A stretch of 64,000 nucleotides of DNA. It comes from Ostrea edulis (taxonomy: Eukaryota). Below are positions 36,399-50,186 of the stretch, one piece after another; within the stretch, counting starts at the first letter, position 1; each line of letters opens with the position of its first letter. A program made the translations under genes and the position numbers. The DNA lies in the NCBI RefSeq assembly GCF_947568905.1, contig NC_079169.1, positions 51,708,001 to 51,772,000 of the forward strand, in the 5' to 3' direction. The notes beneath the pieces were generated by a model, which searched no databases, had not been told where the DNA came from, and was given only the letters and a program-made list of their open reading frames with translations.

Positions 36399-36484
36399 CT
36401 TTGGTGCCAAACATGTTACTCCAAGAACGCTAACATCCAGTTACCTTGGCAACATGGTTTGTGTGGAAGGGATTGTCACCAAAT
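36399..36484 (+). CDS. MCM3: MCM3 exon 4/20
   Basis: [28 protein letters not shown]; AG/GT flanks. Confidence 0.93.
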
Positions 36485-36621
36485 GTAAGTGATTGTGTGG
36501 ATTTTTACATGAAAATATTTCTCTTATGTTCAGGCAATTTTTTTAGTTTTCCTGTGTAAGAAAAAATTGTATATTTATACATAGTTGTATGGTAGTTTAC
36601 ATGAATTATGATAAGCAATTG

Positions 36622-37909
36622 CAGTGATTTTTGGGGGGGCTAAAATGCCACCGATATTCGGCTGTTTCCCCTCACTAAAATTGACTATTTTTTCCCAATT
36701 ATATATATATGTTTTTCCCAATTTCAAATCTAGGGAAATTAGGCCATTTAAAAAAAAGGTTACCGTATATTTCTGAAAGAGTAAATACGTTTTTTTTCTT
36801 CAGTTTTATTCTCCAAACCACTGCACATGCAAAAGGTTTTGTAAAGAATATGTAAAACAATAGAGGCATCCATATAAGCAGATATGCAGTGAAGTATATA
36901 GCTTCCAGATAGGGCTGAAACGATTCAGGTACCTCACGGTTAGGTTCAATTTTCGATTCTTGGGCCACAATTCAATTATTTTCGATTCAATTCAATAGTT
37001 GTCAAAAACTCTAATAAACAATAAAAAAAAAATACACAACTTTCATGTTTTTATTTCATTTCCCCCCTGAAAATCATCGTTTTCAACAACGGAATATGGT
37101 CTTTATTATATCAGATGCTATAAAATATCCAAGAGCATTGGTAATTTATTTCTGTGAAACAAATTCTACATACTACCGCAGTTCCGTTCTCTTTAAAACC
37201 AAAATGCTTCCATACAAGGGACCTTAGATTGCCGGAGGGTTTTTAATCACGATTCCCGAGTTAGTGTCCGCCATTTTTGTTGTAATAAATTGTAAGGTAA
37301 AAAACCAAATCCGTGTTGAATTCTTAATTTCCGGAAAAAAATGTAAACATTAACCGAATGCTGTGAATCGCGGTTCGAGTGAACCGCGATTAATTGTTTC
37401 AGCCCTACTTCCAGATGCACATTATGCCATATTGTTTACAATTTATTTTGACCGCCATTTTTTGTAGGGTCAGGCTAATAACAGGAAGTGGCCAACAGTA
37501 TAGGGTTTTACTAAAATTTGAAAAATACAAAATAGGAGAGACATTCTGGAAACTTGATTATTAATATAATACTAGTATTTACAAGATTATGGGTACAAAT
37601 GCTGGTGAATTAATGATTTATTATTTTCTTTATGAAATTAGACAATAAGTATTTCTTAGAAAAAGTAAATAATATATATATATACAAGTTGTGACTTTCA
37701 ATACATATTTAATGTTAAATAATGATTTATTTTATGATTTTAAATCAGATCTGAAATGGACCTCAAACAAAATTGTTATTTGATTATTTTATGCATCTTT
37801 ACCATTTTAATTTACTATGAATGATTTTTCCCAATTTGAGGAAAATGTCGCTAATTTTTCCCAATTCAAAAGGAGGGGTGGTAGTTTGAAAAACAAAAAA
37901 GAATCACTG
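36622..37909. mobile_element. CAGTG-ended non-autonomous DNA element with 5-bp TSD
   Basis: Ends cagtgatt...aatcactg; aattg on both sides; hosts a nested hAT MITE. Confidence 0.6.
36910..37407. mobile_element. hAT MITE
   Basis: TIR tagggctgaaac; perfect 8-bp TSD cttccaga at 36902-36909 and 37408-37415. Confidence 0.88.
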
Positions 37910-38033
37910 AATTGTACTTGTTAATTATCTATATAAATACAGAAGATGTAAAGTATAACATTGCTCCATCTTTCATCACTACAGTAAGTGTTGCAATGTT
38001 CAATACGACATAACCTGATGTCATGTTTGTTAG

Positions 38034-38164
38034 GTTCCTTAATCCGGCCAAAGGTCGTGAGGAGTGTGCATTTCTGTCCTACAACAAAAAAGACGATGGA
38101 GAGGCGTTACACAGATATGACATCTCTGGATGCCTTCCCAGCTTCTGCAGCATACCCTACCAAG
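38034..38164 (+). CDS. MCM3: MCM3 exon 5/20
   Basis: [16 protein letters not shown]...YPTK|gtcagt. Confidence 0.93.
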
Positions 38165-39340
38165 GTCAGTCTATATTAACAAGTACTCCAATCTGTCCCG
38201 GTCAGTCTCCATTAACAGGTACTCCAATCTGTCCCAGTCAGTCTCCATTAACAGGTACTCCAATCTGTCCCGGTCAGTCTTTGTTAACAGGTACTCCAAT
38301 CTGTCCCGGTCAGTCTCTGTTAACAGGTACTCCAATCTGTCCCGGTCAGTCTCCATTAACAGGTACTCCAATCTGTCCCGGTCAGTCTTTTTTAACAAGT
38401 ACTCCAATCTGTCCTGGTCAGTCTCTGTTAACAAGTACTCCAATCTGTCCCGGTCAGTCTTTGTTAACAAGTACTCCAATCTGTCCCGGTCAGTGTCCAC
38501 TAACAGGTACTCCAATCTGTCCCAGTCAGTCTCCATTAACAGGTAATTCAATCTGTCCCAGTCAGTCTCCATTAACAGGTACTCCAATCTGTCCCGGTCA
38601 GTCTTTGTTAACAAGTACTCCAATCTGTCCCGGTCAGTCTCTGTTAACAGGTACTCCAATCTGTCCCGGTCAGTCTCTGTTAACAGGTACTCCAATCTGT
38701 CCCGGCCAGTCTCTGTTAACAGGTACTCCAATCTGTCCCGGTCAGTCTCTGTTAACAAGTACTCCAATCTGTCCCAGTCAGTCTCCATTAACAAGTACTC
38801 CAATCTGTCCCGGTCAGTCTTTGTTAACAGGTACTCCAATCTGTCCCGGTCAGTCTCTGTTAACAGGTACTCCAATCTGTTCCGGTCAGTCTCCATTAAC
38901 AGGTACTCCAATCTGTCCCGGTCAGTCTCCATTAACAAGTAATCCAATCTGTCCCGGTCAGTCTCTGTTAACAGGTAATTCAATCTGTCCCAGTCAGTCT
39001 CCATTAGCAGGTACTCCAATCTGTCCCGGTCAGTCTCTGTTAACAGGTACTCCAATCTGTCCCGGTCAGTCTCTGTTAACAGGTACTCCAATCTGTCCCG
39101 GTCAGTCTCTGTTAACAGGTACTCCAATCTGTCCCGGTCAGTCTCCATTAACAAGTAATCCAATCTGTCCTGGTCAGTCTCCATTAACAGGTACTCCAAT
39201 CTGTCCTGGTCAGTCTCCATTAACAGGTACTCCAATCTGTCCCGGTCAGTCCATTAACAAGTAATCCAATCTGTCCTGGTCAGTCTCCATTAACAGGTAC
39301 TCCAATCTGTCCCGGTCAGTCTCTATTAACAGGTACTCTA
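38165..39340. repeat. 36-bp minisatellite (~32-33 units) starting at the MCM3 exon 5 donor
   Basis: gtcagtctctgttaacaggtactccaatctgtcccg; source of the spurious 413-aa and 354-aa ORFs. Confidence 0.96.
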
Positions 39341-39490
39341 ATTTTTTCACCAAGTCAGTCATGGTTTTCTTTCAGTATTACTCCATACAAATTATTTCAA
39401 AGGAAAGAGAATGTTGTGACTATGATACAGTAAAATTTATCATCAGTTTATGTGCGAGTACTGTTAAAGTGTTGGAACATTAATTTATAG

Positions 39491-39649
39491 GATGAGGAAG
39501 GTAACTTACTGGAGACTGAGTATGGTTTGTCTGCATACAAGGACCACCAGACGTTCAGCATTCAGGAAATGCCAGAGAAAGCTCCAGCTGGTCAGCTCCC
39601 ACGATCCGTGGATATAGTAGCCGATAACGATCTGGTAGACGTTTGCAAG
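39491..39649 (+). CDS. MCM3: MCM3 exon 6/20
   Basis: [42 protein letters not shown]...CK|gtgggc. Confidence 0.94.
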
Positions 39650-39969
39650 GTGGGCACTACTGTTGCATTGTATAATCTAATTCCAAACTTGTATTGTTTT
39701 ATGAAAGCTTGTGAGGTTTTAGGCTTGGGCTAAAAAAATTAATACAAGATCATGCATATATGTCTGCCCACTTGGAGGATACGTTTTCTGTCACAAATTT
39801 ATTATTCTAGAAACTTGTTTGCATGAATTCAAGCTTTTTAAGAAGGTGTGTTGTCCCTGATAGTAACAAGATATGGAATTTATTTCAAAGCTTTCTGTTA
39901 CTTTCAAAGAAGTTCAGAGAAGATTTTTTTAAATGTTTTGTTTGATATGTAATGGTGAGGAATATGCAT

Positions 39970-41173
39970 CAGGGCTTTCAACAAATTTAAAAGTAGGAGG
40001 CTGAAATGAAAAAGTAGAAGGCGATCCAATGCTCGGTGCCCTTACGGCCGGGGGTCTGAAGCTATGGGGTAAATGACGCAAAATCCTGCATTCTGGCGGT
40101 TTCCTGGCACTTAAATGCAGCTTTGGAATTGTCATTTTTTTGCCTGAAATTTTTACTTTTGCCATATGTGAAATTTTCTGTTCATGCAAAGACTTAAAAA
40201 ATTCAACATTGCAAAGTACTAATTTTGATGCAAAATGAAAAATAATGTGCATCAAGATAACTACATGTAATTATTTTTTGCAATGCTGTATCAATAAATT
40301 TTTAAGTGTCTTTGCTTGAACAGAAACTTTCACTTTTATTTCTACATTTGTACTGAAAGTTTAGAAGACTGAATTGTATTGTAAGAAAGTTTCTACATGC
40401 AGAAAGTATTGTTGAAATGAACTAAACTGCATGTTTTGCTCACCCCAATATTTTTTTAAATAAAACCCAAACAATCTTTATTACAAATTAATAAGTAACA
40501 TTTAAATGACCTATAATTTTATTTTTCCACAAATTCAAGTTAACAGCTACAGATTTGTTGGTAACATAGCGAATTTGTGCTGAAAAATTCTACTTTCGTT
40601 TTTATTTAATACCACGTACATGGGCATTTGCAAATTAAAAAGAATAGCAAGTCTGAAATCTTTCCTAATTAAATTCTGTTTTCGCTTTAAAATTGTTGAT
40701 TGATATTATACTCGTATCACTTTCACTTCTGGCCTTTTTAAAGCCGAAACTGAACAGGGTATTTGTTCTCTTCATTCCGTCAACATCATTGATTTTTACG
40801 TTTTATCTTTCGGAACTTCTCGTCTGTGTTGTCACGAATTGGGTCAATCCGGTGACGGGTGGTTTCGTCCCGATTACATATTCGCACCTAGTGGATTCGC
40901 ACCTTTCCGACTATTGCAATTGACGTATTATTTTCTACACCAACAGACGACCAATCAGGTGCCGGTATTTACCTGAACTAAATTTAGCGCAAGTAAACAC
41001 GTTTTTACATCCTAGTTGATACGGCCGCGATTTCTGAGTCTACTAAAGTTTGGAAGATGTTTAAAGTTTTATAAAAGTTTTTTTCATTGGACATACATTT
41101 TTGTCACTAAAGTAGCCGGCACCTAATGTTACTATCGGCGGCGGAAATCCACCGGCTACTTTTGAAAGCCCTG
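39970..41173. mobile_element. CAGGG-ended non-autonomous DNA element
   Basis: TIR cagggctttcaa / ttgaaagccctg; atgcat on both sides (6-bp TSD or TIR extension). Confidence 0.6.
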
Positions 41174-41293
41174 ATGCATCAGGTTATGATATGAATTGGA
41201 AGGGATATACTGTAGGTTCTATCTTTCTTTAAACTTGTTTACAGTTTACGTAAAATGTATGACCTTTTTTATCCTGAATTTTTTCTTTTACAG

Positions 41294-41373
41294 CCAGGAG
41301 ACAGAGTGCAGGTAATAGGCATGTACAGATGTATGCCAGGTAAAAGGAATGGATTCACTACAGGAACATTCAG
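41294..41373 (+). CDS. MCM3: MCM3 exon 7/20
   Basis: [27 protein letters not shown]; AG/GT flanks. Confidence 0.93.
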
Positions 41374-41672
41374 GTAAGTCAGAACTGATCTACCAAAGTG
41401 TGTGGTGGGGTGGGTTATATTCAGGTCTGTACAGGTGTGTGAGGGAGATATGTTCAGCTCTGTACAGGTGTGTGGAAGGGGGGGGGGGGTGTATGTTCAG
41501 GTCTGTACTGGTGTCTTGAGTTCATTCAGGTAAAATGGTCTTTTTCTTCAAGTATGCCAGGTACATTCACTGTTGGGTAGTAACAGATCTGTATTTTATG
41601 CAAATGAAATAAGATTATCAGACTTGATAGGTAACAACTTAAGATGTCCAATGCTTCATTCAAAATCTTTTG

Positions 41673-41882
41673 AGTGCATTCGAGATCGCTGTTCTTCGCA
41701 CAAGTACAAATTCCTGACAATCCCAAACGTCAAGAACAGGTTAGAGGTGTAAGAACTGGCACCATGTCTGTAGGTAGTGTGGTTGAAGAGGAAGAACACG
41801 TTCATGCGCACATGTTCTTGTCGTTCGTGACTCTTAAGAATGGAGCATGAGAACAACAGGAAAGCGATCTCGAACACACTCT
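41673..41882. mobile_element. Small MITE-like inverted repeat
   Basis: ~25-bp imperfect TIR with perfect core ttcgagatcgct / agcgatctcgaa. Confidence 0.5.
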
Positions 41883-42114
41883 TGATCTACATTGTATGTA
41901 ATGACTGGAAATCCGTAATGTTTCACTTTTACTAATCTTTTACAAGTACAGTGCTCATGCACTAGTTCTAAGACTTCCAAGGTAAACAATAAATAGGTTA
42001 GTTTAATCTTTCCTTTACAAATACATGTATCATATAATGTACAAGTCAATAAAGTTAATATGAATGATCACAAGTTTACTTGAGAAAGTATAAATGTTCA
42101 AATCTATTTTACAG

Positions 42115-42223
42115 GACTATTATGATAGCGAGCAACATTCAGCTTCTGAGTAAGGAAGTCACGCCCTCATTTTCTGCAGAAGATGTGGCAAAGATTAAGA
42201 AATTTGGTAAACAGAAGAGCGTG
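42115..42223 (+). CDS. MCM3: MCM3 exon 8/20
   Basis: TIMIASNIQLLSKEVTPSFSAEDVAKIKKF...; AG/GT flanks. Confidence 0.92.
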
Positions 42224-42298
42224 GTAAGTGTCTTGCCATTGTATACTAGTAAGTGGGAGATGTTTGACACAATCATACCGTATAACACAAAAGTTATG

Positions 42299-42480
42299 GA
42301 AATTTACTCACTCATACAAAATATTACTAATTGTACAAGGTTTAGAAATTTACTCACTCATACGAAATATCACTAATTGTACAAGGTTTAGAAATTTACT
42401 CACTCGTACAAAATATCACTAATTGTACAAGTTTTAGAAATTTACTCTGACATAAGAAATATCACTAAATGTACACGTTT
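42299..42480. repeat. 46-bp tandem repeat x4
   Basis: gaaatttactcactcatacaaaatattactaattgtacaaggttta. Confidence 0.88.
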
Positions 42481-42671
42481 AAGTGATTTCCTCACTTATA
42501 TAAGATATCACTTATGTAGACTTTGGAAATTTTGGTAGAAAATTTCGCAACCAGGAGGAGGTAATAGAATTCAAGTTTCCTCATCATGGACAGAACAAAA
42601 TACATGTATCTCAGTATGGTTTGTAGGATGTGTTTGATGTGCTGGGACATGTATCTCGGTATTGTTTGTAG

Positions 42672-42803
<132 letters not shown>

Positions 42804-44035
42804 TAAGGCATGACCCACAAGTTGAACCTTTTCAATACTGACGGAATATAGCTTCCTCTTCTGTACTCATCCATTGATGTAAATACTGCCTAATATGGCA
42901 TATGCAAATAACTTGACAATCGCAAGTTGAAACCTTAATACATCAACCATGACACACAGATATAAATCGAGAAATTGGAATAAACTTAAATTGCTGAAAA
43001 CAATAGGATAGAGCCTCAAAAATCACAAGTTGCTGGTTGTAAATTTATATATTGATTAAGAAACAGAATATCAATTATTTATTTAAAGAAAGTCAGCAAA
43101 AGTTTGGAATGATCGAAAATGTTGTGGGAGTGAATTGCATTTGCACCATTATGGAGATCCTAAGGAGTTGTAGCCCTCTCTCTCTCCTCCTCCTCCCCCC
43201 CCCTCCCCCCCCCCCCCCAAATCAGAGAGGGCTACATTATTGCTGCTAATCTCTGATGTTAATGTACCGGCTTAGTAAGAGAGTAAAAGGCTTGACCCAC
43301 AAGTCTATCTTTGATGTAAATGTACCAGATTAGTAGGAGAGTAAGGCTTGACCCACAAGTCCATCTTTGATGTAAATTGATGTGTGGAGTTTGGATTGTG
43401 CAGAAGATGGAAGAGATGAGCATTTGATGTAATTTCCAACAAAAGACACAGATGGTGATTTCAATGATGGCAATCCCCTCACAGAGTCCCTAAAATTAGA
43501 CACCCACATCCCTTCAAAAATGTATGATTAACTTTTTTCAAGCACTAGTGCGTATGAACTAATTATTAATGCTCGTAATTTGCAAATCATTTCACTAGTC
43601 TGTCCACTATATTATATAAAATGACGATATAAATTCAATTTTATTCAATGGTATTTAATCAAACCAAAGAATTTACAGTTGCTAACAATTCAGTTTCTGA
43701 TACCAACAGTAGGAGAAAGAATACTTTAATTTGTTTTCTTCAGATGCATAATTTATATAATAACCTCTGAGAAACTTGCGTAAACCTTCAATTGTTTGGA
43801 AGGTCAGTAAGTCATTGTCATGCAAATGCTTAACCGTGCAAGTATTTGACTCAAACCTCAAACATCTAAATAGACTTTTGACAAATTTGCTAAAATCTTA
43901 AAAGATTGGTTTTCGGATTTTCTCTAATCCATATTGACTAGTGCCATAGGAAGTTTACTAATCCTACATGTTTTTCACTAGTCTTTAACTTGCAGACATG
44001 AAGTAACTCCAAATCCTGATTTTGGGTATTGGTGA

Positions 44036-44272
<237 letters not shown>

Positions 44273-46911
44273 TAACAGGCAGAATTGTGAAACCATGATG
44301 ATTTTATAATGGTTCATCAGAAAGTATTAGATATTTAATAACTTTTAAAATGTGACCTTTGCATATTATACATTAAACTCACATACAGTGTATACTAGCA
44401 TATACATATAAGTTAGTTTCTTGGGTGTAAAATCTTGACTCTGATGTCCAACTTATAGCTGCATAATACAGCCAGAAATTTTTTTCTGCTGCAATTTTAA
44501 TGCATTAAAGTTAAGAATAATCAGGAACAAAAATCAGTAATAGAGATTGTTAAAATAACAATACCAAAGTACTTGCTGCCATGATGTTATTATTGAAAAT
44601 ATATGTAATTCATCATTTTATATGTTTATGAAAGTCAACATGCAGCATGTTTGATGCAATCATTTCATGAAGAACAGGTCATTAATTCATAATGTATATT
44701 GGTATTCTTTATTTTCTGAATCAATTTATGACAAATTAATATTCTCTACATGTTGAAAAGCATGTGAATTTGCAGTTAGGAGGAGGGTTAGTTCACTTGT
44801 AGTACCTTTAAAAAGGTGGGGCATGTTTTTAACAAACACAGGTTGCAGTATGGTCATTATCAAACAATTAGAGGGGCGCACACAGGCACACCGAAACCAC
44901 GATATTTATTATGATGATTAAACTACGATAATGCTATGATCATTCAATTATTTGACCAGATTTTACTGGATTTTTGGCTTGGACAGTGAAGATTTGGTGT
45001 CAAATTCCTTAGACATTCTGAGGGGAAATGTTACCTGATTTGTATACTGGTATCGGTGTTAATATGCGGAACGACTTATATACTAGTTAGGGATTCCCTT
45101 AAACAGTTTCAGAGGGGCGCCTTTTGCTGCCGCCCCTCTGCCCTTTCCCAAATTTGAAACATAAAATCACCGCCCTTTAGCCATTGAAGACAACACAAAA
45201 ATTCCCCTTTTTGTACCCCAATTACAAGTTTTTCAATTTGAAAAAAAAAAAAAATGGTGACCGTTTTCTTTTCATCACTATATATATGCATTTACCGTTT
45301 TGCTTTTACGTGAACCACTTATAATCGGTACACGACTGAAGTGAACCTAGCTAGCTAGATGCGCGGATTGACACACGCTCTTGTGTACCCCAAGAAGTAT
45401 GAAGGGGTTATTATGAGCAGTTTGAGAAAAGCCATTTGAAACCCATGTCATTTCATGGCACACCATTCCTTCACTGCTTTTATCACAAGAGAGATGTCAG
45501 TTTTATTATCAATTTGTGTAGTAATTCCCTGGCCATGTTGCACACAAATATACTTGGAAATTCATTTTTAAAACACGAACACGAATTATTCATCTATGGA
45601 AATAACATTCTTAATAATATCTAGAAGATTATTAAAATTCTTCTGATACGTCAAAAGTTGTTAGGTATAATATCTATAATTAGCGATATGTAAATCAGAT
45701 AAACAAGAGAGACAACTCAATTTCCCAGAGATCGTGTGACAAGACTATTTTACCGTATCAAAATAAAATTTTAATATATATGGGTAAAATATAACTTAAT
45801 CCATATCAATTAACCATGATTCCGGTGTCAATTGACTCTGTGCAATATTTCAAAACAAGGCACAGAAATTCCTGAAACATCGTGCAGCTTCAATTAAACT
45901 TTCAAATGACGTTTTTCAGTGTTGATCTTCCGTACGAAAATTTTAAGTGATGGGGAATTGCATGTACTCGATCAACAGTTAACAAAAACAGGAGTTAAAG
46001 TATTTTCATTTATGAGTAACAAATAACTTAAGGTAAGGTTTGCGACATTTTGACATGTAGCAAACAAAGTCATGTTGCATATCAGTATATTCAGTAGGAA
46101 TTTATCTTTTGAAAATTGACTTTTTTTAAAAATCGCCCGTGTTGTTTTTTGACCAGATGGGCTTAATTTTGTGATGTTTTACATTTACGTGATCTTTGTA
46201 CAAACGGGAATATTAGTGTTATAAAAACTAATCGAGGCAAACTTATGGGGTAAAAAGCTGGTAGAATTCTTAGAAAGAGTATTATCTATAAGATTATACT
46301 AGTTGGTAGAAAAATTTTATTTCAAAACACCAAAAATATTACTTTTTATATCTTTAATAAAATTTAAATTGGTTGCCATGGCAACAAAAAATGTATATTG
46401 AGCAGCTTTACAAGGTCTACGTCAGAAAAATTTCACTTTAAACATAATATTTGGTCCATAAACATTTAAGAAACCATATAAAATTACTACCCACCGGGCT
46501 TTGTTTCCCTGGCAACAGATTAAAAAGAATTATTTCATTCATTGTTACTTTGTTTTATAATTGTACAATTTTTGAAGAGTGCATTGAGCATTTTCATGAA
46601 CAAATACAATTCCAAATCACAAAACCTTGACTTGTGAGGATGTGATGTTTAATACCCCGAACCAAGCGAGGGTTCCCTTCTGCCCCTGTCTGAGGTACTA
46701 ATTTTCCCTGCCCTTTTGAAGCTGCTGTGGGAATCACTACTAGTATACATTGTACAAATTGTACTTTATGATTGTCTATTGTAGGATATCAGTATTTTCA
46801 GGAATGATTGTCGACGATTGGTACAGATTGTGTAAAGAAACATTTTATTTGCCATAAATACCAAATCAATGAAATATACACTGTACCTTGAAGGCATTAT
46901 TATATATATAA

Positions 46912-47145
<234 letters not shown>

Positions 47146-47692
47146 TAGGCCAAAATAATTATATACCCTCTCACATACAATTACTGCCAATCATGGGGAT
47201 CAAACTTGGGGTGCAGTGGCCAAAAAATCAATTTATATCCTCTCATCTAAAACTAACGCCGATCACGAGGATCATACTCAGGGTGCAGCAACAACAACAA
47301 AATGAATTTGTGTACCCTCTCACATACAATTAAAGTTGATCCCGGGGATCGATCTCGGGGTGCAGCGGTGAGAAGTGACATTGCTACCTCTACTCTACCC
47401 ACTCTACATTTTTTCAGTAGAAAGCTATTTATACAATGAAATTTATATCAATATCCTGTCAGCGCACAACTAGATGTTTCCAGATAATTAAAACGCATAT
47501 AATTGACTTCAAAACTATCTTTTTGTATAGTTTGAGCATATTCACTTAAATAATGCTTGTATATTACATGTTTTACCTGTTTAACAAGTCTCGACGTTAT
47601 TTATGCAACGGAGAAAAACCAACTCTTGATTTAAGCTTTGCATTAAGATGCACAAACTTGACAAATATAAGAAGGACCCCCAGTGTAACATA

Positions 47693-48075
47693 GGGTCAAT
47701 ATTGTGACATGTTGTGTAATATCGGGTCAATAATGTGACATGTTGTGTAATATCTGGTCAATAATGTGACGCGTTGTGTAATATCTGGTCAATAATGTGA
47801 CATTTTGTGTAATATCTGGTCAATATTGTGACATGTTGTGTAATATCGGGTCAATAATGTGACATGTTGTGTAATATCTGGTCAATAATGTGACACGTTG
47901 TGTAATATCTGGTCAATATTGTGACATGTTGGGTAATATCGGGTCAATAATGTGACATGTTGTGTAATATCGGGTCAATCATGTGACACGTTGTGTAATA
48001 TCGGGTCAATCATGTGACGTGTTTCGTAATATCGGGTCAATCATGTGATGCGTTGCATAATATCAGGTCAATCAT
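47693..48075. repeat. 31-bp minisatellite (~12 units)
   Basis: gtcaataatgtgacatgttgtgtaatatcgg. Confidence 0.92.
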
Positions 48076-48362
48076 GTGATTTTTTTCTTGCCCTTGATCT
48101 CGCAGTATCTTTGATGTTTGAGCAAAAAACCGTTGCATTATTCCTGAACCCACCTGATTTTGGGGTCTTTTTTATGAAAAAAAAATGTTGCATAATTCAC
48201 AACCTGCCTGATTTTGGGGTCTTTTCTATGTTAAAAACTTTTGCATAATTCTTGAACTCGTCTGATTTTGGGGTCTTTTCTATGAAATGTGTTACTGACA
48301 TGGATTGTAGACCCTTTAGAATTGGAAGGCTTTGCTGAGAATTTGATTTCTTGACATTTCAG

Positions 48363-48452
48363 TATGACCAGTATAAAACTCCCATGGAGAATATCGGACT
48401 TCAGGACTCTCTGCTGTCACGTTTTGACCTTCTCTTCATCGTACTAGATAAG
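48363..48452 (+). CDS. MCM3: MCM3 exon 12/20 (arginine finger)
   Basis: [30 protein letters not shown]|gtaagt. Confidence 0.95.
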
Positions 48453-48633
48453 GTAAGTCTTTATGTCGCCGAACAGAGTGTAAGGAAAGCCGAACATATA
48501 ACCAGCTTATTTGTTTACAAGATATATATCTCAAAAAGAGTTCTCAACTAATTTCACTTCTCAGCTGCTGGCAAAGGCACTTGTTTCATTCTGACTCAGT
48601 GACAGTCTCTAGATAAGAATTATATTTTTACAG

Positions 48634-48718
48634 ATGGACCCAGAGCATGATCGTATGATTTCTGACCACGTGTTGAGGATGCATCAGTACCGAAGCGCTG
48701 GAGAACAGGACGGAGAAG
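48634..48718 (+). CDS. MCM3: MCM3 exon 13/20
   Basis: [28 protein letters not shown]; AG/GT flanks. Confidence 0.93.
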
Positions 48719-48766
48719 GTAGGTAATCAACTGAAAGCTAAACACGACGCCAGACATGTAACCCGA

Positions 48767-49045
48767 AGCTAGGTTATCAACAGATTAGAAAACTACAAAG
48801 CTAAGTTATCAACAGATTAGAAAACTACAAAGCTAGGATATCAACAGATTAGAAAATTATAAAGCTAGGATATCAACAGATTAGAAAACTACAAAGCTAG
48901 GATATCAACAGATTAGAAAACTACAAACCACATCAGACATGTAACACAAAGCTAGGTTATGAACAGATTAGAAAACCACAAAGCTAAGTTATCAACAGAT
49001 TAGAAAACTACAAAGCTAGGATATCAACAGATTAGAAAACTACAC
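48767..49045. repeat. 32-bp minisatellite
   Basis: agctaggatatcaacagattagaaaactacaa, with a higher-order duplication (cagacatgtaac spacers). Confidence 0.9.
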
Positions 49046-49500
49046 ACCATGTCAGACATGTAACCCATATACCGTATTCTGGGTAATTTTGGCATGTGGA
49101 ATATTTATCGGATTTTTCTCTTTCTTTGAAAGTGTAGCACTTGATTTTCATGGGGTAATTTTCAGTTTAAAAATGACAAATATTCCTCATACGCCATAAA
49201 AGCCAATAGATCTAGTGCATAAAAAATGACTCGAAATACATATTTTATGTCTTGGAAACTTGGATTGATAGAGTAAATAGTATAACTCATTTTTAGGGGC
49301 ACTATAGTAATACAACAATTTATTTCTTGCAATATATTTTAATTGAAAGTTGTGCATAGTGAAAAAAAACTTAATGGTAGCAGCAACAAGACATGTTAAT
49401 ACATGTGGAATGAATTGTCTTAAGACTTTGCCTTTCATTTGTTACAGACAGCAAGAACCTAGCACAATGTTAACTGCTATTGAATAATTTTTTTATACAG

Positions 49501-49627
49501 TTTTACCATTTGGAAGTAATGTAGAGATTTTGGCTACCTCGGATCCAAATGAAGATCGCGAGGAATCTGAAACACAGGTCTATGAAAAACACAACAAGAC
49601 ATTGCATGGACCAAGCAAAGGGAAAAA
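49501..49627 (+). CDS. MCM3: MCM3 exon 14/20
   Basis: LPFGSNVEILATSDP...VYEKHNKTLHG; AG/GT flanks. Confidence 0.9.
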
Positions 49628-50186
49628 GTGAGTACATGTACATTTTTACCAGGGTGGTAATAAAGTAACAACTTCCATAAGACTGGCTGAATTGTCTCTG
49701 ACACGCCAACAATCTCAGTCTCTAAGATTCAATGGATAGTCGCCTACATATAAAAGAATATTGAAGGTTTGTGACAATTTTCTTTGCACAGGGATGTGCA
49801 TTTCAAATCTGTCTTTGGATCAAAATTTTATTTAGATTTTGTGCAGTGACCCTTTCCTGACCTCATTTAACCATGACTACTTCCTGAAAAAAATTGTTGA
49901 CAAGTTTTATCAATTTTACAATAAAACTAAAGAATGGGAAAAGAATTAATCTTTATCAATGATGAGGGAAACGTCTAAAATTTGGCACAAACTTTGTGGG
50001 CGGCAGTTTGTAGGCAGCATTTTTTCCCAAATGAATGGGTTGAATTTAAAGATTGCAGACATTCCATTTTGAATAATAGAAAAACTCCGAGACATCACAC
50101 ACTGAACTCGCAAGCTACTCGCTAAAATTTGTTTTTAGAGCTCAAATATTTTGAACTATTTGCCGCTTTTCCCGGGCATTACAGTT

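Noticed and set aside
38023-39264. 413-aa, 354-aa and 138-aa repetitive ORFs
   Set aside because: Products of a 36-bp (3n) minisatellite in an MCM3 intron; open on both strands.
45110-45140. 10-bp perfect GC-rich hairpin
   Set aside because: Isolated; resembles a remnant of a GC-rich MITE end; rho-independent terminators are irrelevant in this genome.
46371-46384. Perfect RFX X-box palindrome GTTGCCATGGCAAC
   Set aside because: Deep in an intron within probable TE-derived sequence; no promoter context.
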